Under the pieces are notes generated by a model that did no database searches, was not told the origin of the DNA, and worked only from the letters and a program-made list of their open reading frames with translations. DNA of 24,000 nucleotides, from positions 2,268,629 to 2,292,628 of the forward strand of contig NZ_CP129674.1 of NCBI RefSeq assembly GCF_041080795.1, read 5' to 3'. This stretch comes from Bifidobacterium aquikefiricola (lineage in GTDB: Bacteria > Actinomycetota > Actinomycetes > Actinomycetales > Bifidobacteriaceae). A program made the translations under genes and the position numbers. Shown here in pieces: positions 14,172 through 21,984 of the stretch (the stretch's first letter is position 1; every line of letters starts with the position of its first letter).

Positions 14172-15713
14172 TCACAGCTCCGCGTCTTCCTCGTTGGCCA
14201 ATTCCTCGGTTTTGGGTGTAGCTGGGGCTCCTGGCAACCAGAATGAGAGCACGAGGGCAAAGACCGTGAATCCGGTCGTCCACCAGAATGACGTTTGGAA
14301 GGCTCCGGAAGCCTGAGATGCCTGCGTGATGTTGCCTGCTGCAGATTCGAGGATGACGACAAGCACTGCGGCACCGAAGGAACCACCGACCTGCTGGCCG
14401 ATTCTGCTGAACAGGCTGGCATCAGGCACTTCCTTGGGAGCAAGCCCCTGATATGCCACGGCCATCAACGGCAGAGTAACCGCTCCCAGCCCGATTCCTC
14501 GCACAAACAGGACGAAACCGATCCATATATAACTCGTGTTGGCATCAGCAAAGGCAAATGGCACAGTACCGAGGGTGAGAATCGCAAAACCGACCACCGT
14601 CACCCAGCGTGCACCGATTGAATCCGTGAGATTGCCTGCTATGGAACGGCTGGCGAAGGTGCCCAGCCCTTGGGGAATGAGCATAAGACCGGCCTGCAAG
14701 GGAGTCAGCCCACGCAAGGTTTGAAAGTACAACGGCAGCAGAAGCATGGCACCATACAGCGCAAATCCAGAAAGGAAGAGCAGCGATGATGCCGAGGCAA
14801 GCGGCCAGTGCTTGAGCAGTCGAATATCCACCAGAGCCTTTTCCCGACGAATCAATGCCCACCAGACAAAAGCCACCAGCAGTATCGCACCTCCGACGAG
14901 CGGAACCAGCACGTTTGCGGCACCAAAACCGCCAGCGGAACTCGCATTGCTGAGTCCGTAGAGCACACCGACCAGACCCGCCGCCATAAGGATGAAGCCT
15001 GGAATATCCAGCGGCGCGTTGTGCGTAGGACCATCTTTCGGCAAGGCGACAATCGCCAGAATGATACCCACCACGCAAAATGGCACATTCACCCAAAAGA
15101 GCCATGGCCATGCCAAATGGTCAAGAATGAGACCGCCCAGAACCGGTCCGAGAATTGGTCCCAAAATTGCGGGCATACTCACCACGGACATGATTTTCCC
15201 TATGTTGCGCCCATGTGCCGCCTGCATGACGAGCGTCAGCATCAACGGCATGAGTATGCCGCCGCCCACTCCCTGCAGACCGCGGAACACTATCAGCGCA
15301 GCGGCATTCCAAGACAACGAGGACAAGATCGAGGCGATCATGAAAATCACCAGACCCGTGATCCACAGACGTTTGCCACCAAATCTGCGTTGAGCCCAGC
15401 CGTCAAGAGGTATCGTTACACCGAGCATCAGCAAATATGCCGTGCTCACCCACTGGATAGTGCTCACCGGTGCGTTGAGTGCCACTGCCAAGGGCTTGAT
15501 TGCCACCGAAATAATCGTAGTGCCAAACAAGACGGCAAGCCCGCCGATCAGCGTGGCCCAGACCGTGCTCCACACTCCGGGTTGCATAGACGACCCAGAT
15601 ACGCCTGACGACCCTGCTGCGCTTGTAGCCTTGTGCGCTGTGTTCGTATCGTCTGTGTCCGTGTCGTCTGAAACGGCTTGTTCTGCCATATTTTCTACCC
15701 CCATAAGAGTCAT
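14172..15713 (-). CDS. MFS transporter, DHA2 (EmrB/QacA, 14-TMS) drug:H+ antiporter family
   Basis: 513 aa and about 14 hydrophobic segments. DHA2-type motifs are present (GWAQRRFGGKRLWITGLVIFMIASILSSLS; LQGVGGGILMPL). A TetR gene lies divergently 47 bp away. Confidence 0.9.
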   Translation of the reverse strand: MTLMGVENMAEQAVSDDTDTDDTNTAHKATSAAGSSGVSGSSMQPGVWSTVWATLIGGLAVLFGTTIISVAIKPLAVALNAPVSTIQWVSTAYLLMLGVTIPLDGWAQRRFGGKRLWITGLVIFMIASILSSLSWNAAALIVFRGLQGVGGGILMPLMLTLVMQAAHGRNIGKIMSVVSMPAILGPILGPVLGGLILDHLAWPWLFWVNVPFCVVGIILAIVALPKDGPTHNAPLDIPGFILMAAGLVGVLYGLSNASSAGGFGAANVLVPLVGGAILLVAFVWWALIRREKALVDIRLLKHWPLASASSLLFLSGFALYGAMLLLPLYFQTLRGLTPLQAGLMLIPQGLGTFASRSIAGNLTDSIGARWVTVVGFAILTLGTVPFAFADANTSYIWIGFVLFVRGIGLGAVTLPLMAVAYQGLAPKEVPDASLFSRIGQQVGGSFGAAVLVVILESAAGNITQASQASGAFQTSFWWTTGFTVFALVLSFWLPGAPATPKTEELANEEDAEL

Positions 15714-15760
15714 TGTGTATCTAACATGCGGAAGCCTATCACGCTACAATAGGAAACACA

Positions 15761-16366
15761 ATGACTCCTAAAAATAATCATGGTGAAGGTGAACATCGCC
15801 GCCGTGGAACCGCCCTGGAACATTCGCTCCTCGACGCGGCGTGGCAGGTGCTGCTTGACGTGGGATATGACAATCTGACCTTCGACGCCGTGGCCCAGGC
15901 AGCTTCAACAAGCCGGGCAGTGCTGTATCGACGTTGGCCAGCCAAACCCGATCTGGCGCGAGCAGCCGTAATTCACGCTCTCAAAGGCACGCGGTTGCCC
16001 TGCCCCAACACCGGCAATCTCCGTGACGACCTCATTGGTGCATTGACGCAAATCAACGAGAAACGCATCCGCATCGGCATTGAACTCGAATCGAGACTCC
16101 TGAACTATTTCGGAGAAACCGCATTCAGCAACACCGCATCCCGCGACGCTCACAACCAGCAGAGTTCGCATATCAACACCATCCTGAACCGAGCCGTGGA
16201 GCGCGGAGACATCAATCCACAGCTTCTGACACCACGGGTGCGCGAACTACCGATTCAACTGTTTCGCGATGAAGTTCTCAGAACGCGCCGCCCAGTCCCG
16301 CACGAAGCCATCGAATCCATGATTGACGACATCGTCCTGCCCGTGCTGACACGACCGGCTCACTGA
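15761..16366 (+). CDS. TetR/AcrR-family transcriptional regulator
   Basis: 201 aa. The HTH is LLDAAWQVLLDVGYDNLTFDAVAQAASTSRAVLYRRWPAKPDL. A TACAAT -10-like hexamer lies at 15745-15750. The small inverted repeat CCTAT-N9-ATAGG (15735-15753) is a weak operator candidate. Confidence 0.9.
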   Translation: MTPKNNHGEGEHRRRGTALEHSLLDAAWQVLLDVGYDNLTFDAVAQAASTSRAVLYRRWPAKPDLARAAVIHALKGTRLPCPNTGNLRDDLIGALTQINEKRIRIGIELESRLLNYFGETAFSNTASRDAHNQQSSHINTILNRAVERGDINPQLLTPRVRELPIQLFRDEVLRTRRPVPHEAIESMIDDIVLPVLTRPAH

Positions 16367-16406
16367 GCAGCAGCTTTTCGACAGAGCGGCACTCGGCTTC
16401 GACAGG

Positions 16407-17339
16407 TCAGTCCACATTGATGGTGGCGTAGTGTTGGGCCGCTTCAGCCACCCGATGATTGTAGTCAACAGAGGGATTGTAGGCGCTGATAGCACTGATC
16501 CAGTTCTTGGATTGAGTCAGATTTCCTCCGGTCTTGCACAAATACAAGCCTGCCGCGAGCGCAGCGTCGTCAATCTGGTTGATGTCCTGTTTGCCGTCAC
16601 GGTTGCCATCTTGTGCGGCGCTCTTCCATGTTGCAGGAATGAACTGCATCGGCCCTACCGCGCGATCCCAGGTGGTGTCGCCGTCAATCTCGCCACGATC
16701 CGTATCCGGGGTACGGTTGTTTCCGTTGCCATCGAGGGCCACACCGATGATTGATGGAGCGACCGTCCCGTCTGCATGCAGTGTGGCGTTATTGGTGCTG
16801 CCATGTTCGGTTTCTACCTGACCGATGGCAGCGAGGGTGTTCCATCCCAGTCCGCATGAGGGATGGGTGCGAGACACGGCGATTGACGCTCCTGCATAGG
16901 CTTGCAGCGCGCGTTCGGGAATGCCGGACGATTTGGCGATTTTCGTCACCCATTCCTTGTCTGCAAGTTTCGCAATGGGTATGTTCTCTTGCTCACCGCC
17001 GTTGGCAGTCACATTGGCAGTACCGGATGCCGAGGGTGCTGCGCTGGTTGGCGCTGTTGTTGTAGCTTCCGTGTCCGTAGCTAGCGTGGCGCTGCTGCTT
17101 GCATGCCCTGCAGCGCTTGCCTGACTCTCGTCATTTTCTGGTGCATAAGTTGCGGCGAACAATGCTGCAAGAAGTGCGGCAATCCCCAATAATCCGAGCA
17201 CACTCATGGTCGTTGGCCACGCTAGCCGCCGCCAGGGTATGGCAGCAGAAGTGTGGCGCGCGTTGTCCGGAGTGTACTCCGAGGCATTGGTTTCAGGTGT
17301 CGAAGGGAATAATGGAAAAGGATTCTGTGGATCAGTCAT
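16407..17339 (-). CDS. Membrane-anchored lytic transglycosylase (SLT_2/MltB-like domain)
   Basis: About 310 aa from the ATG at 17339. It has an N-terminal TM segment (MSVLGLLGIAALLAALFAATYA) and an Ala/Thr/Ser-rich linker. The catalytic region reads AAIGQVETEHGS...WDRAVGPMQFIPATWK...DGNRDGKQDINQIDDAALAAGLYLC. The upstream 42 codons of the track ORF overlap the permease gene and are rejected. Confidence 0.8.
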   Translation of the reverse strand: MTDPQNPFPLFPSTPETNASEYTPDNARHTSAAIPWRRLAWPTTMSVLGLLGIAALLAALFAATYAPENDESQASAAGHASSSATLATDTEATTTAPTSAAPSASGTANVTANGGEQENIPIAKLADKEWVTKIAKSSGIPERALQAYAGASIAVSRTHPSCGLGWNTLAAIGQVETEHGSTNNATLHADGTVAPSIIGVALDGNGNNRTPDTDRGEIDGDTTWDRAVGPMQFIPATWKSAAQDGNRDGKQDINQIDDAALAAGLYLCKTGGNLTQSKNWISAISAYNPSVDYNHRVAEAAQHYATINVD

Positions 17340-18360
17340 GGTCAGACCTTCTGGAAATACGATGTGAACGATGTGTGGAACGATGCTCCGATGGAATGGA
17401 TTCGGTAGCACTCTGAGGAGCTTGAACACCTTGAGATATCTGAACACCCTGAGATGCCTGAACACTCTGCGATGCCTGAGCCTGTCTGAGTGTCGCGCGT
17501 GACCTATGTCCGTGTGTCACTGCGCGAATGACAACGCCTTGTTGTGGAGAAAACAGCCACGCGCACAGAAAAACTGCCGTCAACACCAGCACGATGGTGC
17601 CGCCTGTCGGAAAATCCCATGACCACGAAACGTACAGGCCGGTCAGTGCCGAACATGCGCCAATCACCGGAGCCACGACCATCATGATGCCCAGACGGTC
17701 AGTCAGCAGGCGTGCGGTTGCCGCCGGTGTCACCAGCAGAGCGAGCACGAGGATATTACCGATGGTTTGCACGCTTATCACGACCGCAAGCGTGACCAGC
17801 ACGTAGAGAGCCAGATCGAGCCAGAATACCGCGAGTCCTTGTGCCCGTGCGGATTCACGATCCAAGGAGACGGTCACCAATTCCTTGTGAAGAAGGAATA
17901 TGACCAGCAACACCACGAGCGAAGTACCCGCCACAATGTACAGATCCGACTCGGGAATTCCTGTTATCGAGCCGAAGAGGAACTGCTGCAAAGACCCTGC
18001 ATATCCGGGCGATTGGGAGATAATGACAATGCCAAGCGCGAAGGCGGCGACGAACAGGATGCCGATGATGGAATCTTCTTTCAATCGTCGGTTCTGCGAA
18101 AACACGGCGACAAGAATCGCCGTAAGCACTCCGGCGACCGTTCCACCGAGCACGAGGTTGCCGGAAATCACAAATGCGACAGCCAAACCGGGGAATACGG
18201 CATGTGCCACGGCATCACCGATGAACGCCATGCCGCGCAGCACAACGTAGCAGCCCACTACCCCGCACACCATGGAAGACATCACCGCAACCGCTAATGC
18301 CTTGGGTAGGAACGCGAGATTTGGGTTGAACAAATCCATAAAGAAATCAACGGGACTCAT
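17332..18360 (-). CDS. Anchored-repeat-type ABC transporter permease (ZnuB/TroD-like) with a hydrophilic C-terminal extension
   Basis: MSPVDFFMDLFNPNLAFLPKALAVAVM...FIGDAVAHAVFPGLAVAF is typical of metal (Zn/Mn/Fe) ABC-3 permeases. The start at 18360 forms an ATGA overlap with the ATPase stop. The last roughly 60 aa are non-membrane, with (QxSQGV)n repeats and a His/Arg-rich tail. Confidence 0.9.
   Translation of the reverse strand: MSPVDFFMDLFNPNLAFLPKALAVAVMSSMVCGVVGCYVVLRGMAFIGDAVAHAVFPGLAVAFVISGNLVLGGTVAGVLTAILVAVFSQNRRLKEDSIIGILFVAAFALGIVIISQSPGYAGSLQQFLFGSITGIPESDLYIVAGTSLVVLLVIFLLHKELVTVSLDRESARAQGLAVFWLDLALYVLVTLAVVISVQTIGNILVLALLVTPAATARLLTDRLGIMMVVAPVIGACSALTGLYVSWSWDFPTGGTIVLVLTAVFLCAWLFSPQQGVVIRAVTHGHRSRATLRQAQASQSVQASQGVQISQGVQAPQSATESIPSEHRSTHRSHRISRRSDHD
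17422..17475. repeat. 18-bp tandem repeat, three good copies plus degenerate flanking copies, inside the permease 3' end
   Basis: TTGAACACCTTGAGATAT / CTGAACACCCTGAGATGC / CTGAACACTCTGCGATGC, followed by the degenerate CTGAGCCTGTCTGAGTGT (17476-17493). On the minus strand this encodes QASQSV-QASQGV-QISQGV-QAPQSA. Confidence 0.75.
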
Positions 18361-19190
18361 GCGACCGCCTTCACCATGCGCAGCAATGCGGAGTCGCGCC
18401 CCACACCGAAGGTCGTCGTCCACGCATCAGGGTTCGATACCAATGCGGATGGGGTTCCGGCTGCGATAATCGTCGAATTCAGCAATGCCAGACGGTCAGC
18501 GCCTCCTATCGCACCAACAAGGTCATGCGTGGTCATCAACACGGCATGGCCTTCATGCGCGATATCGCGAAACAGACCGGCAAGCAGCTCTTGGGTCGGC
18601 ATATCAAGTCCCGTATAAGGTTCATCCAGCAGCAGCACCGAAGGTTGCAGGGCGAGGGCGCGTGCCACCAGCACCCGCTGGCGTTGCCCGCCGGAAAGCT
18701 GACCTACCGGCCTGTCTGCAAGCGCCGTCATGCGCACACGATCAAGGGCATCAGCGACAGCTTCCCAAACGGCCGCATCAGGACGTTTGAACAACCCCAA
18801 TTTTCCACACAGTCCTGTCGCCACCACGTTGGCAACGGAAATCGGAAAATCCCAGGCGAACTCGTGGCGTTGGGGAACATAGCCGATGGCGGCACGCCCA
18901 GGCTTGGCACTTCTCCCATCGACGAGCACCCGCCCGAACGCGGCACGCTGCAAACCGAGAACGGTACGCAACAATGTGGTTTTGCCCGCACCATTCGGTC
19001 CTATCAGCGCGAGCAGCTCACCCCGCTCAACGCTAAGGTTGACAGATTGCAGCACGCATCTGCCACCAAGTTCAACCGTCACATCGTCAAGACGCAGCGC
19101 GGCATGTGCATTGGCATGTGTTTTATTGTGTGCGGCAGGAAGCGATGCGGCCTGCGCTGTGGGGAATGCTGTATCCGTTGCTGCACTCAT
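18357..19190 (-). CDS. Anchored-repeat-type ABC transporter ATP-binding subunit (ZnuC/TroB-like)
   Basis: Walker A GPNGAGKTT, signature LSGGQRQRV, Walker B LLLDEPYTGLD, H-loop TTHD. An ATGA overlap joins it to the upstream gene at 19187-19190. Confidence 0.9.
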   Translation of the reverse strand: MSAATDTAFPTAQAASLPAAHNKTHANAHAALRLDDVTVELGGRCVLQSVNLSVERGELLALIGPNGAGKTTLLRTVLGLQRAAFGRVLVDGRSAKPGRAAIGYVPQRHEFAWDFPISVANVVATGLCGKLGLFKRPDAAVWEAVADALDRVRMTALADRPVGQLSGGQRQRVLVARALALQPSVLLLDEPYTGLDMPTQELLAGLFRDIAHEGHAVLMTTHDLVGAIGGADRLALLNSTIIAAGTPSALVSNPDAWTTTFGVGRDSALLRMVKAVA

Positions 19191-20296
19191 ATGCCACCAC
19201 CAACGCTTTGGTCGCCACCTGTTTCCGCCTCACTCTCGGCTTTGCGCCTTCGATCGTCGAGAATACGGCGTTTGGCCTTGTTTCCGCGCACTATCACCAC
19301 GGTGAAACCTGCAACCAAGGCAATGAATACCACGATGATGGCTCCAATAAGCACGGCAACCAGCGCAGTGTTTGCAGGGGCACTGCCCTCCTGCCCGCTT
19401 TGTCCCGTAGCAGCCGAGCCACCGCTTTTGGTCTTGTCAGCACTGCCGTCAGCGCTCTCGTTGCCGCTAGCACCGCCACTGGCATCTGAGGAACCGGCAT
19501 GGTCGGATTTTGCGGCGCTACTCCCCTGCCACTGTTGGGCGAATGCCTGATCTGCCGTGGTTGCCGTGCCCACTGCGAAGCGAATGTGCTGAGTGTCCGT
19601 CACATGGCTGCCGTCACGCAGCTCAGCTTCGGCGGTAAGTTCAACGAGATACACGCCGGGTTGCGTGAACACCCAGTTCGCGTGCGTATGCGTGTTGACA
19701 TCCACCCAGATGGGCTGGGATTCGCTCTTGCGTGAATCCCACAACACTTGCGGCTCGCCAAAGGAGCCCGACTGCAGATAGGTCGTCATGATGCCCGGCC
19801 CCTGCACCCCCGTCAGCGACAGAGTGATGCCGCGTTCGATGGTGTTCATCACCTCGGGGTCTTGCGTATTCCACCCTATCCACACCACTTCGGGATTCTG
19901 CGTCTGCGGCACCACGTACACGTCACTGCCAGCCGCAGCACCCACAAACGAATAGGCAGGGTCTTCAGGAACGGCGAGTTTCGCCGCGTCGAGCACATGG
20001 AACACCGTTTCGTCGGGATAGCGCCACACGCTGGTGGCATTCGCGTCAGCCTTGGCCACATCATCGTGAATGAGGAAACGCCAAACCCCCTGGTCATATT
20101 TCGGTCCCATATCAATATGCCCGGTGACCAGTTCACGCTGACCGTGGACGATGGCAAGCTCGCCTATCGTCTGGTTCAGATTCGGGTCTTCACCATCCTC
20201 GGCGTATGCCAAAGCCGGTATGCCAAGAGCTGCAAGGCTGGTGAGAGTGGCCAGCAGCGCTGCAATACGACGTCGAAATGGATGCAGGTTCATCAT
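19187..20296 (-). CDS. Membrane-anchored surface protein with one actinobacterial anchored-repeat domain (TIGR03769-type / choice-of-anchor-M-like)
   Basis: Signal peptide MMNLHPFRRRIAALLATLTSLAALGIPALAYA. The domain motifs are GHIDMG, VYVVPQTQ, VWIGWNTQ, GPG and HTHANWVF. A Gly/Ser/Asp-rich linker follows, then a C-terminal TM segment (LVAVLIGAIIVVFIALVAGFTVVIV) and a basic cytoplasmic tail. No LPXTG motif is present. Confidence 0.8.
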   Translation of the reverse strand: MMNLHPFRRRIAALLATLTSLAALGIPALAYAEDGEDPNLNQTIGELAIVHGQRELVTGHIDMGPKYDQGVWRFLIHDDVAKADANATSVWRYPDETVFHVLDAAKLAVPEDPAYSFVGAAAGSDVYVVPQTQNPEVVWIGWNTQDPEVMNTIERGITLSLTGVQGPGIMTTYLQSGSFGEPQVLWDSRKSESQPIWVDVNTHTHANWVFTQPGVYLVELTAEAELRDGSHVTDTQHIRFAVGTATTADQAFAQQWQGSSAAKSDHAGSSDASGGASGNESADGSADKTKSGGSAATGQSGQEGSAPANTALVAVLIGAIIVVFIALVAGFTVVIVRGNKAKRRILDDRRRKAESEAETGGDQSVGGGI

Positions 20297-21984
20297 GAAG
20301 TTTTCCTATCTGTCGAATCGGTGAGGCATTCATTGAGGCTGTCGGCGTTGAATCGCAGCATCTGCTCGTAGCTGTTGACCTCATTGGAGAAGGTGTCGCC
20401 ATATATCGGGCACACGCGAATGCCTTCATCATTGGCAACCTGTTGCAAGGTTGATGATCTGCTGGCAAGGTTCGGTTCAAGAAACACAGCGGGCACTTGC
20501 AGGGAGCGGATGGTTTCGACCAGTTTGCGCCGGTCCGCCAGCGAAGGCTCCGTAGCAGGGTTGGGAGTGACGAATCCGGCAACGGAAAGACCATATGCAT
20601 GGGCAAGATATCCGAAAGCATCATGAGTGGTCACCAGATACCGTCCCTGCTGAGGAATCTTGGCGAGTGCCGCCGACATGTAGTCATCCGTCGCTTCCAA
20701 GGTTTTCAGATACGCTTCGGCATGTGCCACGTATTGAGCGGTATGAGCTGGGTCAGCGCCGATAAGCGTGTCTCGTATGAGCTGCACATAGGCCATGCCG
20801 TTGCGAGCGTTCTGCCACAAATGCGGGTCAATCTCGCCATGTACATGCTTGCCGAGTACGGCTTGCGCGAGCTGATACACATGCTGTCCAGGACGGCCAA
20901 GGAAGGCGTATTGAGATCCTTTGGGAATTTCCGCCAACGCTTTGGCTGGCACATCCACAACGACCTGACTTGCCGGATATGCTTGCTGGGAGTGTTCGCC
21001 TCCGCCACCCGGATCGTAGCGAACTTCCAAGGCTGCCGAGTCAAGGTTCGCGGTCAAATCGGCATGCCCTTTGTCGAGTATCACCGGGTTCTTGATTCCA
21101 GTCTGCTTGGCAGCCTGAGTGGGGTTCACCCCCACGGCGAAGGTGTATGTTGCATGCCCCAAAGCCACGGGTTTGGCGGTATCGCTCACTTTGAGCTTGG
21201 CTTGCAGGTCGATGGTGTACACGCCTGGCTTGGTGAAGGCCCACGATAGATGCGTATGCGCGTCCGCAGGCAGCGACATGGTGTCGTCGCGATACCCCTG
21301 TGCCGCGTCAAAACCGTCGGAGGAGTCAAAATAGCGTTCCGTATTGCCAAAGGAACCCGTCAAATATGCGAATATATCGCCCGGGCCAGTGGCGTTCGTG
21401 GCAGAGAGCAGCACTTCGGAGGTGCGGGTTGCACCGTAGCGTTCCCCGCTGCCATGCGCCCGCAATCCAAGCCACACGGTGTCAAGGTTGACGTTCTCCA
21501 CTAAGGGAATGATCTCGGCAGCGTATTTCACCGCTTCCTCAGCCAGAGACACGTTGATGGCATCTGAACGCAGGTTAGCATCAAGGGTTTTAATCACCGA
21601 CTGTTCTTCCAACATTGCATAATTGGAAAATGCGACATCGGCATAGACGACATTTCGGGCGTCTCGCAATGTTGGCTCATAGGAATGTGGATCGCTGTTA
21701 TCAGGTATGAGGGATACGGCATCTACATAATCACCGCCGACGTGTTCGACCATGTCCCGCAAAATCCCCGTCGTGGTGACCACCCGTAACCGTTCGCTAT
21801 GCGCGGGCAAGGCTGGTCTGGCGGCGCACCCTGATACCAGCAGCACGCCACACAGCACACCCACCGTTGTCATCCACCGTGCGGCATATCGCACAGCAGC
21901 ACAACGCGCAGCACAACGCACGACTGACCGCATCGCACACCGGACGACCGACCGCACGTCAACTGTTATGGCCGTGTTCGCCAT
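20293..21984 (-). CDS. Anchored-repeat ABC transporter substrate-binding lipoprotein: ZnuA/TroA-like cluster A-I SBP with an inserted repeat domain of about 220 aa
   Basis: Lipobox LLVSGC. The SBP metal-ligand motifs are SDPHSYEP, EIDPHLW, VTTHDAFGY and PIYGDTF. An insert between the first two motifs (about 20839-21492) carries VWLGL, GPG, HTHLSWAF and GHAD. The start is uncertain: 21984 is the longest option and overlaps the upstream gene by 19 nt. ATG 21933 and ATG 21873 (MTTVGVLCGVLLVSGC, a typical lipoprotein signal) are alternatives. Confidence 0.85.
   Translation of the reverse strand: MANTAITVDVRSVVRCAMRSVVRCAARCAAVRYAARWMTTVGVLCGVLLVSGCAARPALPAHSERLRVVTTTGILRDMVEHVGGDYVDAVSLIPDNSDPHSYEPTLRDARNVVYADVAFSNYAMLEEQSVIKTLDANLRSDAINVSLAEEAVKYAAEIIPLVENVNLDTVWLGLRAHGSGERYGATRTSEVLLSATNATGPGDIFAYLTGSFGNTERYFDSSDGFDAAQGYRDDTMSLPADAHTHLSWAFTKPGVYTIDLQAKLKVSDTAKPVALGHATYTFAVGVNPTQAAKQTGIKNPVILDKGHADLTANLDSAALEVRYDPGGGGEHSQQAYPASQVVVDVPAKALAEIPKGSQYAFLGRPGQHVYQLAQAVLGKHVHGEIDPHLWQNARNGMAYVQLIRDTLIGADPAHTAQYVAHAEAYLKTLEATDDYMSAALAKIPQQGRYLVTTHDAFGYLAHAYGLSVAGFVTPNPATEPSLADRRKLVETIRSLQVPAVFLEPNLASRSSTLQQVANDEGIRVCPIYGDTFSNEVNSYEQMLRFNADSLNECLTDSTDRKTS
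21896..21955. repeat. Compound tandem repeat at the SBP 5' end / intergenic junction
   Basis: GCAGCACAACGC is perfectly duplicated in tandem (21896-21907 and 21908-21919). ACGACTGACCGC (21920-21931) and ACGACCGACCGC (21944-21955) recur at 24-bp spacing. If translated, the region gives RSVVRCAM-RSVVRCAA-RCAA. Confidence 0.7.

Noticed and set aside
18525-19550. 341-aa plus-strand ORF, with similar long antisense ORFs at 14808..15608 plus, 10977..11966 plus, 7327..7977 minus and 20497..21249 plus
   Set aside because: All lie opposite CDSs with unambiguous family motifs (ABC ATPase, MFS, AbiEii/AbiEi, MFS, SBP). Their Arg/His/Cys/Pro-rich compositions are typical of antisense frames in high-GC genes.
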